From an uncultured bacterium (GTDB lineage: Bacteria > Babelota > Babeliae > Babelales > Vermiphilaceae): a DNA stretch of 64,000 nucleotides. The translations under genes were made by a program, and so were the position numbers. Location of the stretch: the NCBI GenBank assembly GCA_963707655.1, contig OY970172.1:1-64000 (forward strand), written 5' to 3'. The notes beneath the pieces are model-generated. The model was not told where the DNA came from, ran no database searches, and saw nothing but the letters and a program-made list of their open reading frames with translations. Below are positions 21,469 through 31,532 of the stretch, one piece after another; positions within the stretch are counted from its first letter, which is position 1; each line of letters opens with the position of its first letter.

Positions 21469-22781
21469 ATAAATTGCCACGCGTGGTACTTGTTGGGAGA
21501 ACTAATGTTGGTAAATCAACACTCTTCAATCGTCTTTCTGACTCAGTCAAAAGCATAACTCTTGATTATGAGGGAGTTACCCGCGATTTTATAAAAGACA
21601 CTATTTTTTGGAATGATCGTTCGTTCGAATTGATTGATACCGGTGGTGTGAGTCTGCGTAAAACTACTGATCCTATCATGCAAGAAGTGCGTGACCGTGC
21701 ACTTGATCAATTAGAAAAAGCTGATGTTGCCCTTTTTGTCTGCGATGGCAAAAGTGGTTTAGTGCCAGAAGATCGTGAGATTTCAAAATTGCTGCACAAG
21801 CTTAACAAAACCGTAATCTTGGTTGTTAACAAGGCTGATGTTGCCGTTGCTCAAGAGCATCGCTACGAATTTGAGCGGCTCGGTCATAAAACGTTGGTAG
21901 CAATTTCTGCTCAACATGGAACCGGCATTTCTGAATTGTTTACCACCATTATCGGCTTAATTGGCAAATCAACAGGGATAGAAGAAGAAAAACCACTGTA
22001 CCGCGTTGTATTGTTGGGCAAACCGAATGTGGGTAAATCATCATTAATGAATCTTTTACTCAAGCAGGAGCGCTCGATCGTTTCTGACGTCGCAGGAACC
22101 ACACGCGAAGCTATTTCTGAAAAAGTTACTTTTTATCAGGAAGATCTACAAATTACCGATACGCCGGGAGTGCGTCGTCAACGCTCGGTGAAAGAGCAGA
22201 TTGAAACATTGATGGTAAAGAGCTCTTTGCGTGCCTTAGACAAAGCTGATATTGTGCTTCTTCTGGTTGATGCGAGTCAGGGAGAGCTGGCTGATCAGGA
22301 ATTAAAATTAGCATTTTACGCTTTTCAAGAGCAGTATAAGGCATTGATTATTATTTTTAATAAGCAAGATCTTATGGAGCATGAGATACACGAGCGTTTG
22401 ACTATGGATACTGACCAATACCAATTCTTGTTGCGCAAAATTGAGCAACTATCTATTTCATGCAAAACAGAAAAGAATATCGGTAAAGTTTTTCCTTTAG
22501 TAAAAAAAGTATGGGAACGCTATTCGCAGCAGTTTTCTCCTGAAGAACTTACGATTCTTTTTAAAAATGAATTAGATAAAAAGCCTCTGTATCATAAAAC
22601 GATGCCGTTGCTGGTGTATCGCGTGCAACAAATCAGCACGGCACCAATTACTATCGCTCTTACGGTGAATACACCGGATTGGTTTGGACCGAGCCAACTT
22701 ACTTTCTTTGAAAATCTCATGCGTGCTGCATACGATTTACAGGGCGTCCCTGTTAAGTTTGTTTTGCGTAAGCGCAATTAG
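21465..22781 (+). CDS. der: Ribosome biogenesis GTPase Der (EngA)
   Basis: Two G-domains: GRTNVGKS/DTGG/NKAD and GKPNVGKS/DTPG/NKQD; KH-like C-terminus. Confidence 0.97.
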   Translation: MNKLPRVVLVGRTNVGKSTLFNRLSDSVKSITLDYEGVTRDFIKDTIFWNDRSFELIDTGGVSLRKTTDPIMQEVRDRALDQLEKADVALFVCDGKSGLVPEDREISKLLHKLNKTVILVVNKADVAVAQEHRYEFERLGHKTLVAISAQHGTGISELFTTIIGLIGKSTGIEEEKPLYRVVLLGKPNVGKSSLMNLLLKQERSIVSDVAGTTREAISEKVTFYQEDLQITDTPGVRRQRSVKEQIETLMVKSSLRALDKADIVLLLVDASQGELADQELKLAFYAFQEQYKALIIIFNKQDLMEHEIHERLTMDTDQYQFLLRKIEQLSISCKTEKNIGKVFPLVKKVWERYSQQFSPEELTILFKNELDKKPLYHKTMPLLVYRVQQISTAPITIALTVNTPDWFGPSQLTFFENLMRAAYDLQGVPVKFVLRKRN

Positions 22782-23173
22782 GGTTTGCTGAGAAAAGCCA
22801 AGCGAGCCGTGAGAGCATTAGCTTTGATTTTAAAGTTAAGTATCTCTTGTTCAAGTTCATCAGCCGTTACACCAGCTTCATTTCTTAATGCTGTATTTGC
22901 ACCATGTTGAATTAACAGTGCTTGCATTCCTTTATTGGTAGCCGCAGCATGAAGCGGATATCCCCCTCTATACTGACTGCCGGTCGGCATGGGAATATTA
23001 GGATCTGCCCCCATTTGTAACAATCTTTCAACGAGTTCGACGTCCTGAGCTATGCAGGCTGTGTGCAAGACAGTTAACCCGTTGCTCGCTTTATTATTAA
23101 TATCGCGTGTCATATTATCCATGCTATGGTTACAATGACATATGAATATAGATAACAAAAATAATTTTTTCAT
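22778..23173 (-). CDS. Exported ankyrin-repeat protein
   Basis: Signal-like N-terminus ...NHS-MDN; GLTVLHTAC...LLQMGADPN, GYPLHAAA...LIQHGAN. Confidence 0.85.
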   Translation of the reverse strand: MKKLFLLSIFICHCNHSMDNMTRDINNKASNGLTVLHTACIAQDVELVERLLQMGADPNIPMPTGSQYRGGYPLHAAATNKGMQALLIQHGANTALRNEAGVTADELEQEILNFKIKANALTARLAFLSKP

Positions 23174-23452
23174 GAAATTGGCCTTTTCAAGAATTAAAGC
23201 TTTAACCTTATGTATATAAACGGTATTGAGGATAATAATACTTGTACAAATAATTAATGAAAACAGAGTGAGTGAATGGTGAAGTTTAGCACCAGTGGTA
23301 TGGGCGTATTATTCATGGTAGATTTAAAAATGTACACGAGAGTTACTGTAGTAAAAAAGGCAATAAAATTGTCTTTTTTACTATCATCTATTTATTTCTC
23401 TTCTTCTTCATGCTTATACTGAAAACATACATCATAATAAGGAGAAAAAAGC

Positions 23453-23788
23453 ATGGACTTTCAAATAACGTATCGCCATATGGAAAACTCCCCGGAGATT
23501 GAATTTCATGTGCGCAAACAAATGGAACGCATTTTACATTTCCTGCGCGATGAACCCACGCCGGTTTATATCCATTTAGTTCTCAGCCCTTCTAAAGATC
23601 ATGCTCATCATGAAGTTGAGCTGGTGATCAAAACTCCTCATTATGATTTGGTAGGCAAAGATGAAGGAGCGGTTTTTTTTGTTGTTCTTGACGGTGTGAT
23701 TGACACTATGTACAAACGACTTGAGCAGGCAAAGCGCAAAGTTGTTGATGGGCATAAAGAAAAAAAGCGTATGGACAAAGGCTTTTAG
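23453..23788 (+). CDS. hpf: Ribosome hibernation factor (HPF/RaiA family)
   Basis: ITYRHME.SP...HV, length and fold pattern of short HPF; AAGGAG RBS. Confidence 0.85.
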   Translation: MDFQITYRHMENSPEIEFHVRKQMERILHFLRDEPTPVYIHLVLSPSKDHAHHEVELVIKTPHYDLVGKDEGAVFFVVLDGVIDTMYKRLEQAKRKVVDGHKEKKRMDKGF

Positions 23789-23801
23789 TCTATTACTCCG
23801 G

Positions 23802-25058
23802 TTAATTTGCCATTATTTTCTTAACATTTTCTTTAGCTGTTTCTATGGTCGTACTCATTATATGTTGCGAGTAAAATTTTTGATCGATAGATACGGCATA
23901 GTCATGGGGATTCGCTTCTTGAAAGCCAAAGGATTTATAGAAATTAATAACAGGGTTTGTTTGATAGTTTGCGCCATAAGCAGCTACCCACAACTCAACA
24001 GCGGTTACCGTAGTATCTTGATGCAATAGGTCAATCATGGCATGCATAAGTTGCTTGCCTACGCCCTTGCCGTGGTAGTTATTGTCAACAAATACTTTAG
24101 TTATACAGACTAAATGTTTTTTATAGCTGTGCTTTGGCGCTTCTCTTTCTGCTTCTATAAGTCCAATCAATGTACCTTCGCTTTCTGCTGCCAGAATCCA
24201 AAGATTTTGCTGCTGACCCTGCTTTTTCTGCGCCAATTCTAATCGCTCTTTCCAGTGATCAATGAGTAGTCCTTCCTCATCTTCTGGAGCGATTGCAAAA
24301 ATATGTGGCTCATTTTGCTCAAGCGATCTTATATTAATTTCTCTGTAAGGATACATGTTGTCGAGGTCAAGCGTGATTATATTAATGTGCAATTGTTGTG
24401 CTGCGGGCATAACAATTTTTGCAGCATCGTTTCGCTTGATCTTCTTGCTTGCTTGCACGGCTTTTTGTATGCACGTTTTCATGCAATAGTGGGGGTGGAA
24501 TACGTGATCTACTTGCGACGCATGTTTATGAGGATTTACTACCTCAAAGCCAAATTTTTTATAAAATTGTATGGCCGCAGGTTGGTTAGAGGATACGCGT
24601 AAATCGAGCGCGGTTATGGTTGGATCTTGGGCCAATAGACTGATCATCTCATTCATAAGCTGTGTACCTATCCCCTGTTTTTGATGCTCTTTATCAACAA
24701 ATATTTTAGTAATAGTTGCCACATGTTTTAAATATGATTCGTTGGTCCATTTTCTTTGCGCCTCTATAAAACCAACAAATTTATTGCCAGCTTTAGCGAC
24801 AAGAATCCATAAATTTTGTTGTTGCCCTTGTTTTGGCGTTGCTTTTTTTACTATTTTTTTCCAATACAGGGCACATTCTGGTAAATCTTCCGTAGTCATG
24901 GCAAAGATGTATGGTTCGCTTTGTTCGATTGTTTTTTTATTAAGCTCTTTATATTCTTGATAGTCGGCTGATACAAGATTAGCTATAGTAACCGTACCAG
25001 CAGCCATGCATTGTATTAATAGAGCAGTTATTAACAATATATGCTTGCTAAGATTCAT
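23802..25058 (-). CDS. Signal-peptide protein with tandem duplicated GNAT acetyltransferase domains
   Basis: Two repeats sharing QGQQQNLWIL, ITK.FVD, HQKQGIG/YHGKGVG acetyl-CoA loop and FYK.FGF. Confidence 0.88.
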   Translation of the reverse strand: MNLSKHILLITALLIQCMAAGTVTIANLVSADYQEYKELNKKTIEQSEPYIFAMTTEDLPECALYWKKIVKKATPKQGQQQNLWILVAKAGNKFVGFIEAQRKWTNESYLKHVATITKIFVDKEHQKQGIGTQLMNEMISLLAQDPTITALDLRVSSNQPAAIQFYKKFGFEVVNPHKHASQVDHVFHPHYCMKTCIQKAVQASKKIKRNDAAKIVMPAAQQLHINIITLDLDNMYPYREINIRSLEQNEPHIFAIAPEDEEGLLIDHWKERLELAQKKQGQQQNLWILAAESEGTLIGLIEAEREAPKHSYKKHLVCITKVFVDNNYHGKGVGKQLMHAMIDLLHQDTTVTAVELWVAAYGANYQTNPVINFYKSFGFQEANPHDYAVSIDQKFYSQHIMSTTIETAKENVKKIMAN

Positions 25059-25168
25059 AATGCATCCCCAAATAAAAATAATTGATGACTACTTTATTAA
25101 TTATACAATTACTTGTTATCAAATTGACCTATTTATTTTTTTAAAAGGGGGAAAAGAAGTACTACTTT

Positions 25169-26956
25169 TTAATGGGATATACAGCTTGCTTCATTTTCTA
25201 ATTCGGTTATGAATTCAGCAATTTTTTTTCCATACAGCTCGCCGCCCCAACGCTTGAGCTCTTGTTCGTTTTCAGGATTTACTATTAAAATAGTGGGAAA
25301 TCCGCGCGCACCAAATTTTTGTGCCACGTTGCCGTTGCAAACAGATGAAGTATCGGAGCCGTCTATTTTGACCGCGATATAGTTTTTCTCTAATGTGGCA
25401 ATAACCTGAGGATCTACAAACAAAGTATTATCAATTGCAGTGCATATAGAACAAAATGGAGCGCCGATATCAACGAACAATAATTTGTTTTCTTGCTTCG
25501 CTTTTTCAAGAGCTTCTGGGTAATTGTGTTTCCAGAAACTGTGCTCATTACGTGCACAGTCTTGGTTTATACTCATGATGTATGTTTTGTAGGCAACAAC
25601 CACGGCCAGTGCTATGCACGCGATGCCGATGATATTTTTAAAAGTGCGCCAGAATTTTGTATCGTGCGGCTGGATGCTGCGTAAGTAGAAAGTTCCGGTG
25701 AGAAATAAAAAGAGCGCTCCCATACACCATACGGCACCAAGAGGCGCGATATAACCCAGAAAATAGAAGCACATGCCCAACATTATAAAGCCAAAGATTT
25801 TTTTGATTTCTACCATCCACATGCCGGCTCGGGGCAAAATTGCCAATGAGCTTGAAAATGAGCCAACTATAAGCAGCGGAACGCTTAAACCAACACCAAA
25901 AACAAAAAGTAGCACGAAGCCGAGCATTACATTCTTTAAGCCGGCGACCAAGGTCAACAAGAAAGCCAAGCCGGGTGATAGGCACGGCGATGCAAATGTG
26001 CCGCTGGCAACACCAAATAAAAATGAAGATAGTAATGAACCACCTTTTACTTTTTGCTGCTTTGGTTGCATAAAGCGGGGAATATGCATTTCATACAGGC
26101 CAATCATTGACAGCGCCAAATAGACCAGAAGGGCGATTATGGGAAGCACCACCGCGGGATGGGTGAGCATGCTACCAAACAGGTGTCCGGTATACGCAGC
26201 CAATAATCCCAAGACGGCAAAGGTTGTGGCTATACCTGTTGTGTATGAAAATGAAATAAGCACATTATACCAGAATGATTTGCTTGCCTGTGATTGAATA
26301 ATCCCCGCCGTGATAGGAATCATGGGATAAATGCAGGGAGTGAGACTCATTAAAATGCCGAGCACAAATACCATTAAGATGCGCAACCACCATGAATCAG
26401 TATGTTCTACTACATCTGAAATCCATTGCGAAAAAGAGCGTTTTGTTACCGTGTTCGACTGTTCAAATTCTTTTTTTGGTGATTCTGGATTGTGCACCAC
26501 TTCAGACGGTTCGGTCGTTGCTGCAATCGCCGATGCTAAATTAATTTCTTCATAGTTGTTGAGTGCAATGACTTCTTCAACATGACCCCGTTTTGATTTG
26601 AGGTAATAAGAAATTAAAAGGGCACTTTCATCAAAGTCTTCTTTGCTGATCGCTTGGGCTTGCAAGGTAATGATTACTTCCGAGTCATTAAAAACTTTTT
26701 TTGTTTCTTTAAAAAGAGGGTCAAAATATTCTGCTGCGTTTGTTGTTGCCTGCCAGGGGGACAATTGAATGTTGGGAGAATCTATCGAACAGGCAAGATA
26801 ATCGCTATACAATGCATCGCCATGAGCCAGAGGAATCGTCAACGTAATATTCATGGTTTTGTCATCAACATATTCGGTTTTGGCACTAACGCCATATAAT
26901 GAACCGGAACTAAAAAAAACAGTGACAACAAACAATGAGCAGAGAAATTTTTTCAT
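25169..26956 (-). CDS. dsbD: Thiol:disulfide interchange protein DsbD-like
   Basis: Signal peptide; TM domain LTPCIYPMIPIT and SPCLSP; PRAGMWM; C-terminal thioredoxin CSIC. Confidence 0.88.
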   Translation of the reverse strand: MKKFLCSLFVVTVFFSSGSLYGVSAKTEYVDDKTMNITLTIPLAHGDALYSDYLACSIDSPNIQLSPWQATTNAAEYFDPLFKETKKVFNDSEVIITLQAQAISKEDFDESALLISYYLKSKRGHVEEVIALNNYEEINLASAIAATTEPSEVVHNPESPKKEFEQSNTVTKRSFSQWISDVVEHTDSWWLRILMVFVLGILMSLTPCIYPMIPITAGIIQSQASKSFWYNVLISFSYTTGIATTFAVLGLLAAYTGHLFGSMLTHPAVVLPIIALLVYLALSMIGLYEMHIPRFMQPKQQKVKGGSLLSSFLFGVASGTFASPCLSPGLAFLLTLVAGLKNVMLGFVLLFVFGVGLSVPLLIVGSFSSSLAILPRAGMWMVEIKKIFGFIMLGMCFYFLGYIAPLGAVWCMGALFLFLTGTFYLRSIQPHDTKFWRTFKNIIGIACIALAVVVAYKTYIMSINQDCARNEHSFWKHNYPEALEKAKQENKLLFVDIGAPFCSICTAIDNTLFVDPQVIATLEKNYIAVKIDGSDTSSVCNGNVAQKFGARGFPTILIVNPENEQELKRWGGELYGKKIAEFITELENEASCISH

Positions 26957-27150
26957 GATATAACTCGATATATAAAGCATAAAAATTGTTTTTTTAAAGA
27001 ATATTGATTATAGTAATACAAAATCAAATCTTTGAGTAGACTTATCTTAATTTGCGGGGCCGAGCCTTTGCCATCGCTGCTAAAGCTGCTATGGCATAAC
27101 AAGTTAAAAAGGTCTGCAAAATCCTCAGATTGAAATAGCAAGAAATTATA

Positions 27151-27230
<80 letters not shown>

Positions 27231-27351
27231 ACCTTCGCTCTGGCAGAGCTACGGTTAGCTGACGCCAGCAAAGGAAACGTCTAAAAATACAAAAATATTG
27301 GTAGAAAATAGCGAAGGTTGTCCGAAGTAGCCGCTTAGGCGAAGACGGACT
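27231..27351. repeat. REP-like bulged palindrome pair 3' of tRNA-Ala
   Basis: acc-ttc-gctctg.cagagc-tac-ggt directly after CCA; inverted partner agcgaaggttgtccgaa-gta-gcc..ggc-gaa-gacggac at about 27310-27351. Confidence 0.55.
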
Positions 27352-27407
27352 CTCCGATAGCATAGGTAATAATTTTATAATCTATTGCTTATGCGGGCCA
27401 CTACTTT

Positions 27408-28523
27408 TCAGTTTCCAATACTGAGCCACATTCTATCAACAATATTAATTGCATACACGTTATCAGAGGTGTAGTTGGTGACGTAAGCGTATTTTCCATC
27501 AGGAGATATTGCTATGGCATCAGGGGATGCGCCGACAATTATAACAAGGCCAAGCACTTTATTGGTTGCAGTATCAATAATATTGACCGTTCCTTGGCCG
27601 GCAGTTAAATCGGTAAATCCAGCGCCAAGATACAGCGTATTATAGTTGCTAGCGTAAGCAAAACGGCCATCTGGCGTGATAGCGATTCCAGACGGTTGCG
27701 TGCCCAGTTGAATAGTGGCGACCAGGCTGTTGCTCTGCAAGTCAATAACGCTCACGGTTGTTCCTACCGGCGCAAAGTTATTGCTGCCAAAATTAGTTAC
27801 ATAGGCATAAGAGCCATTGGGTGTGATTGCAATCCCGAACGGTCCTGAAAAACCGGGTATTGTACCGGTTACCGTATTATCACTCGTTCGTATGACACTC
27901 GTTGTGCCGGTGCCGGGATTGCCATCAACATAGTTGATCACGTAAACGAATGCTCCGTCGGGTGTTATGGCAAGCGATGCGGGGGCGAGTCCTACCGTGA
28001 TTGTATCTACAATAGTATTACTATTTAAATTCACCACGCTGACTGTCGTTCCATTGCCACTGCCAACACCGCCAGGACCACCATAGTTATTGACATACGC
28101 CGTGTTGCCATCAGGGGTTATAGCCATGCCCGATGGGCCATCAAATCCACCAATGGTACCAATGACCGTATTGGTAGCTATATTTATGATAGAGATTGTT
28201 GTGCTGTTGCTGTTGGTAACATAGGCTTTTGTGCCTGTCGAATTGATAGTAATAGTGTAGGGCTGATTAAAACTGGCATCGCTAATGGTTGTTACTACGC
28301 TGTTAGTAGTTAAGTTTAATACACTGACAGTATCGCCACCAGGGATAGTATTGTCATTATTATTCGCAACATACGCAAAGAGATTGTCGGGAGTAACCGC
28401 AATACCTGCCGGATTATATCCCACCCCTATCGTGGCAACAATTCTGTCGAACGCGGCTATATAAACTGGCATGCATAAAAATAAAATACTGAAAAAATAA
28501 TTTCTCTGAATTTTTTGCATCAT
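27408..28523 (-). CDS. Exported YVTN/YncE-family beta-propeller protein
   Basis: Seven repeats of P.GIAITPDG..AYVTN....TVSVI; signal peptide. Confidence 0.9.
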   Translation of the reverse strand: MMQKIQRNYFFSILFLCMPVYIAAFDRIVATIGVGYNPAGIAVTPDNLFAYVANNNDNTIPGGDTVSVLNLTTNSVVTTISDASFNQPYTITINSTGTKAYVTNSNSTTISIINIATNTVIGTIGGFDGPSGMAITPDGNTAYVNNYGGPGGVGSGNGTTVSVVNLNSNTIVDTITVGLAPASLAITPDGAFVYVINYVDGNPGTGTTSVIRTSDNTVTGTIPGFSGPFGIAITPNGSYAYVTNFGSNNFAPVGTTVSVIDLQSNSLVATIQLGTQPSGIAITPDGRFAYASNYNTLYLGAGFTDLTAGQGTVNIIDTATNKVLGLVIIVGASPDAIAISPDGKYAYVTNYTSDNVYAINIVDRMWLSIGN

Positions 28524-28686
28524 TACTGTTTCCTCTTAAGTGAGCGATTAATCATCTTTAACTACACTATTCAACAATGTTAATTAAGATCAAGCTTTTT
28601 GATGTGATGACTAATTTTTCTCAATATTGTTTACTACATCATGTATTGTTTGCCATCATCTTAAAAAAGTTGTTGAAAAAAGGGGA

Positions 28687-29982
28687 ATGATGTCTACGCA
28701 GAATCAATGGGCGCCACAAGATCAGGTTCTTTGGTATCTTAATCAAGAATTTCTGCCGGCATGCCATGAAAACCTTGTTGCCGATGTTGTCATCATTGGT
28801 GGCGGCATGGCGGGACTTTCTGCTGCGCAGGCATTTAGCAAAAGAGGAAAAAAAGTTGTTTTGCTTGAGCAATATTATTGCGGTTCGGGAGCAACAGGAA
28901 AAAGTTCAGGCTTTGTAACTCCCAATGCAGAATTATCTGTGACCGATTTTTCAAAACGTTATAATATGGAAATTGCTCACACTATTTGGGATTTTATTAC
29001 CAGCGGCGTGAATGATATAAGAAATAATATTCAAGATAATCATTTTGTTTGTGACTATATACCGCAAGACACTCTCATAGCTGCTAACAGCATGCGTTCG
29101 CTTAAAACGCTTGAAATCGAATATAATAACTTGTCCAAGCTTGGCTATAAAACTGCATTTTACTCCGCAGATGATCTGCGTACCTATCTTGGTGCAAAAG
29201 GCTATTGCGGTGCGGTTGGTTATGAAGAGACGTTTGGTATGAACGGCTATTTATATTGCCAAGAGATGAAAAAAATGTTGCATGAGCGGGGAGTTAAAAT
29301 TTTTGAGAATACCACGGTCACTGCTATTAATGATCATACGGTGATTACACCGCATGCGCAGATAACCGCTGAGCATATTGTGGTCTGCACTGATCGCTTT
29401 ATGCCTGAGCTCGGCGTATTGAAGCAAGACGTGTACCACGCACAAACTTTTTTGATGGTTTCTGAGCCATTAAACGATGAACAAATACGGGCAATTTTCC
29501 CGGAAAAAAGTTTTTTAGTGTGGGACACCGCTTTAATTTATAACTATTTTAGACTCGCCGCAGACAGACGCCTTCTTTTGGGGGGCGGGAGTATTTTAAC
29601 GACGTATTCATCTTACCCAACTCATGATTCTGGCTACATGTTTAATAAATTGATACGTTATTTTAATGCCAAGCATCCCCATCTATCTATTCAGTTCAAA
29701 CAGATGTGGCCCGGTTTAATTGGTATTTCTAAAGATATTGCGCCGATAAGTGGCCGTGATAGAGATAAGCCTTTTATATATTATGTTTGCGCGTCTGCCG
29801 GATTGCCCATAGCAGCGGCACTTGGTCGGTATAGTGCCGAACATCTTCTTGATGGAAACAATGCATTGGATTCTTATTTTTCTCCATATCGATCATTTCC
29901 TGTTGGCGGCATGTTGCAGTCAATAATGGGCAACATGCTCACTTTTGCGCTGTGCAATGCCATTAAGGTTAACATTCCTTAG
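28687..29982 (+). CDS. FAD-dependent oxidoreductase (DAO/PuuB-like)
   Basis: DVVIIGGGMAGLS, GATGKSSGF, NYFR...RLLLGG, WPG. Confidence 0.85.
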   Translation: MMSTQNQWAPQDQVLWYLNQEFLPACHENLVADVVIIGGGMAGLSAAQAFSKRGKKVVLLEQYYCGSGATGKSSGFVTPNAELSVTDFSKRYNMEIAHTIWDFITSGVNDIRNNIQDNHFVCDYIPQDTLIAANSMRSLKTLEIEYNNLSKLGYKTAFYSADDLRTYLGAKGYCGAVGYEETFGMNGYLYCQEMKKMLHERGVKIFENTTVTAINDHTVITPHAQITAEHIVVCTDRFMPELGVLKQDVYHAQTFLMVSEPLNDEQIRAIFPEKSFLVWDTALIYNYFRLAADRRLLLGGGSILTTYSSYPTHDSGYMFNKLIRYFNAKHPHLSIQFKQMWPGLIGISKDIAPISGRDRDKPFIYYVCASAGLPIAAALGRYSAEHLLDGNNALDSYFSPYRSFPVGGMLQSIMGNMLTFALCNAIKVNIP

Positions 29983-30146
29983 AAATGAAAACAGATACTG
30001 GGCAGTAGCTTCCTTGCTATTGCGTAACTTTTTTGAGCGCAGAACCTTTATGCATAGCAAGATGGGTTGTCTTGGTACTCACTCCATCAATTTCTAAAAC
30101 AACCTACGACAATTTTTCATGTACATTGCGCACGTGAAGCGCACTA

Positions 30147-30419
30147 TTACTTAGTGCTTGATGCGCGGTCATCATTGGGGGTATCTCCATCTGATTGGGT
30201 TTCTTCCAGCGGTTTAGTAGATTTGAGAGCATTTTTTTCCAATGCATTGTCATCACTGAAATAAGATGGATCATTGTGTAATCTAGTAGTACGGCGGAGG
30301 GGAGTTAGGCGAATTATACCGTTGCGATTTATGCGTATGAGCGGTTTTTCTTCAGACCCGCTGATTGCTGATGAGTAAAAAAAAGAAACCATACATACAC
30401 TGAAAAAAAAGTATTTCAT
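30147..30419 (-). CDS. Small exported hypothetical protein
   Basis: GGAG RBS; signal peptide ...SSAISG-SEEK; low-complexity tail. Confidence 0.55.
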   Translation of the reverse strand: MKYFFFSVCMVSFFYSSAISGSEEKPLIRINRNGIIRLTPLRRTTRLHNDPSYFSDDNALEKNALKSTKPLEETQSDGDTPNDDRASSTK

Positions 30420-30572
30420 AATTAAGGCTCCGTTCATAATAGGATTTTTTTTGAAATAGTACGCTACACGGTAACGAACATAACTCATAAAAACAATATG
30501 ACTCTTTCAAGCAAACTATGCATTCAGAGGGTTATTTCAATATTTTTAAAGAACTCTGTTTGCTCGTTTTTT

Positions 30573-31499
30573 CTACGCTGTTTTGGTTCTTGATTCCAAA
30601 ATCTTAATGTTCCCTTTATTCGTAGTGAGTACAATGTTTGCCTCGCCGGTACCCAATATGCCGTCTACTTGGGCTTTTAATTGTTTCCATGAAGCATTAT
30701 CCAATTTAGTGGTGCGTTGCTTGAGAGTGATTAAATGTTGAGAAGTTACCACTCCTTTGTGTGCACTCGCCTTTAAGTTTGCGTTAACTTGTGAAGGCAA
30801 TTTTACCGCAATTAATCCTGATTTTGTTTCCAAATTTATTTTACTGGTTGCAGGAACGCAGCTGTTTTTGACATCAATATTGCCGCTTTGCGTAAATGCG
30901 ATCACGCTGCTTTGTGCATCGTTAATAGTAATATTGCCTCTGCCACAGGTTGCTTTGGTGTTGCCTTTTGCCTGATCAATAGTGATAGAGCCAAAAGAAT
31001 TGGCATTGGCAATTATGGTATTATGGGCCTGTCCTATTTCTATATTGCCTTTGTCTGTTGTGGTGCAGATGCGTCCGGTAACGCCGGCAACTTTTATGTC
31101 TCCTGTCTGTGTTACCAAGTTTACATGGCTTTGCGCAGGTATCAGGAGCATATAATTCATTGATACGGCGGAATCTTTTTGGCTATTCGTGGTAATGGTA
31201 ATGCCATCAGCGGTTGTATCAACTTTCATTTCAATGGCAGAGAGCATTTCAGCTTTTGGTGCCATTTTTGTGGCGGTTAAAGAAATTTTATTTTGTTTCC
31301 ATGTTTTCACCTCAATACAGCCAACGGTATCTTTTACCGTGATGATTGGATTTGCTTTGACCATGAATTCTTGTTGTATGATTTCCGTTTCACCTTTTTT
31401 TGCCGTGAAAGGAATATAATCGCGCCATGTTGCGTGCAATGAGATTGAATTGAACAAGAAAATCATGCTAAAAATATAGATAGGATATGATTGTTTCAT
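30573..31499 (-). CDS. Exported DUF4097/putative adhesin beta-solenoid protein
   Basis: Signal peptide; repeated T.SG.I.I / T.KGNI.I strands. Confidence 0.8.
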   Translation of the reverse strand: MKQSYPIYIFSMIFLFNSISLHATWRDYIPFTAKKGETEIIQQEFMVKANPIITVKDTVGCIEVKTWKQNKISLTATKMAPKAEMLSAIEMKVDTTADGITITTNSQKDSAVSMNYMLLIPAQSHVNLVTQTGDIKVAGVTGRICTTTDKGNIEIGQAHNTIIANANSFGSITIDQAKGNTKATCGRGNITINDAQSSVIAFTQSGNIDVKNSCVPATSKINLETKSGLIAVKLPSQVNANLKASAHKGVVTSQHLITLKQRTTKLDNASWKQLKAQVDGILGTGEANIVLTTNKGNIKILESRTKTA

Positions 31500-31532
31500 A
31501 GTACATACCTCACTTGAGAATAGGATTATTTC

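Noticed and set aside
27231..30500. Genomic island integrated at tRNA-Ala
   Set aside because: No integrase and no duplicated tRNA 3' end (attR) was seen downstream.
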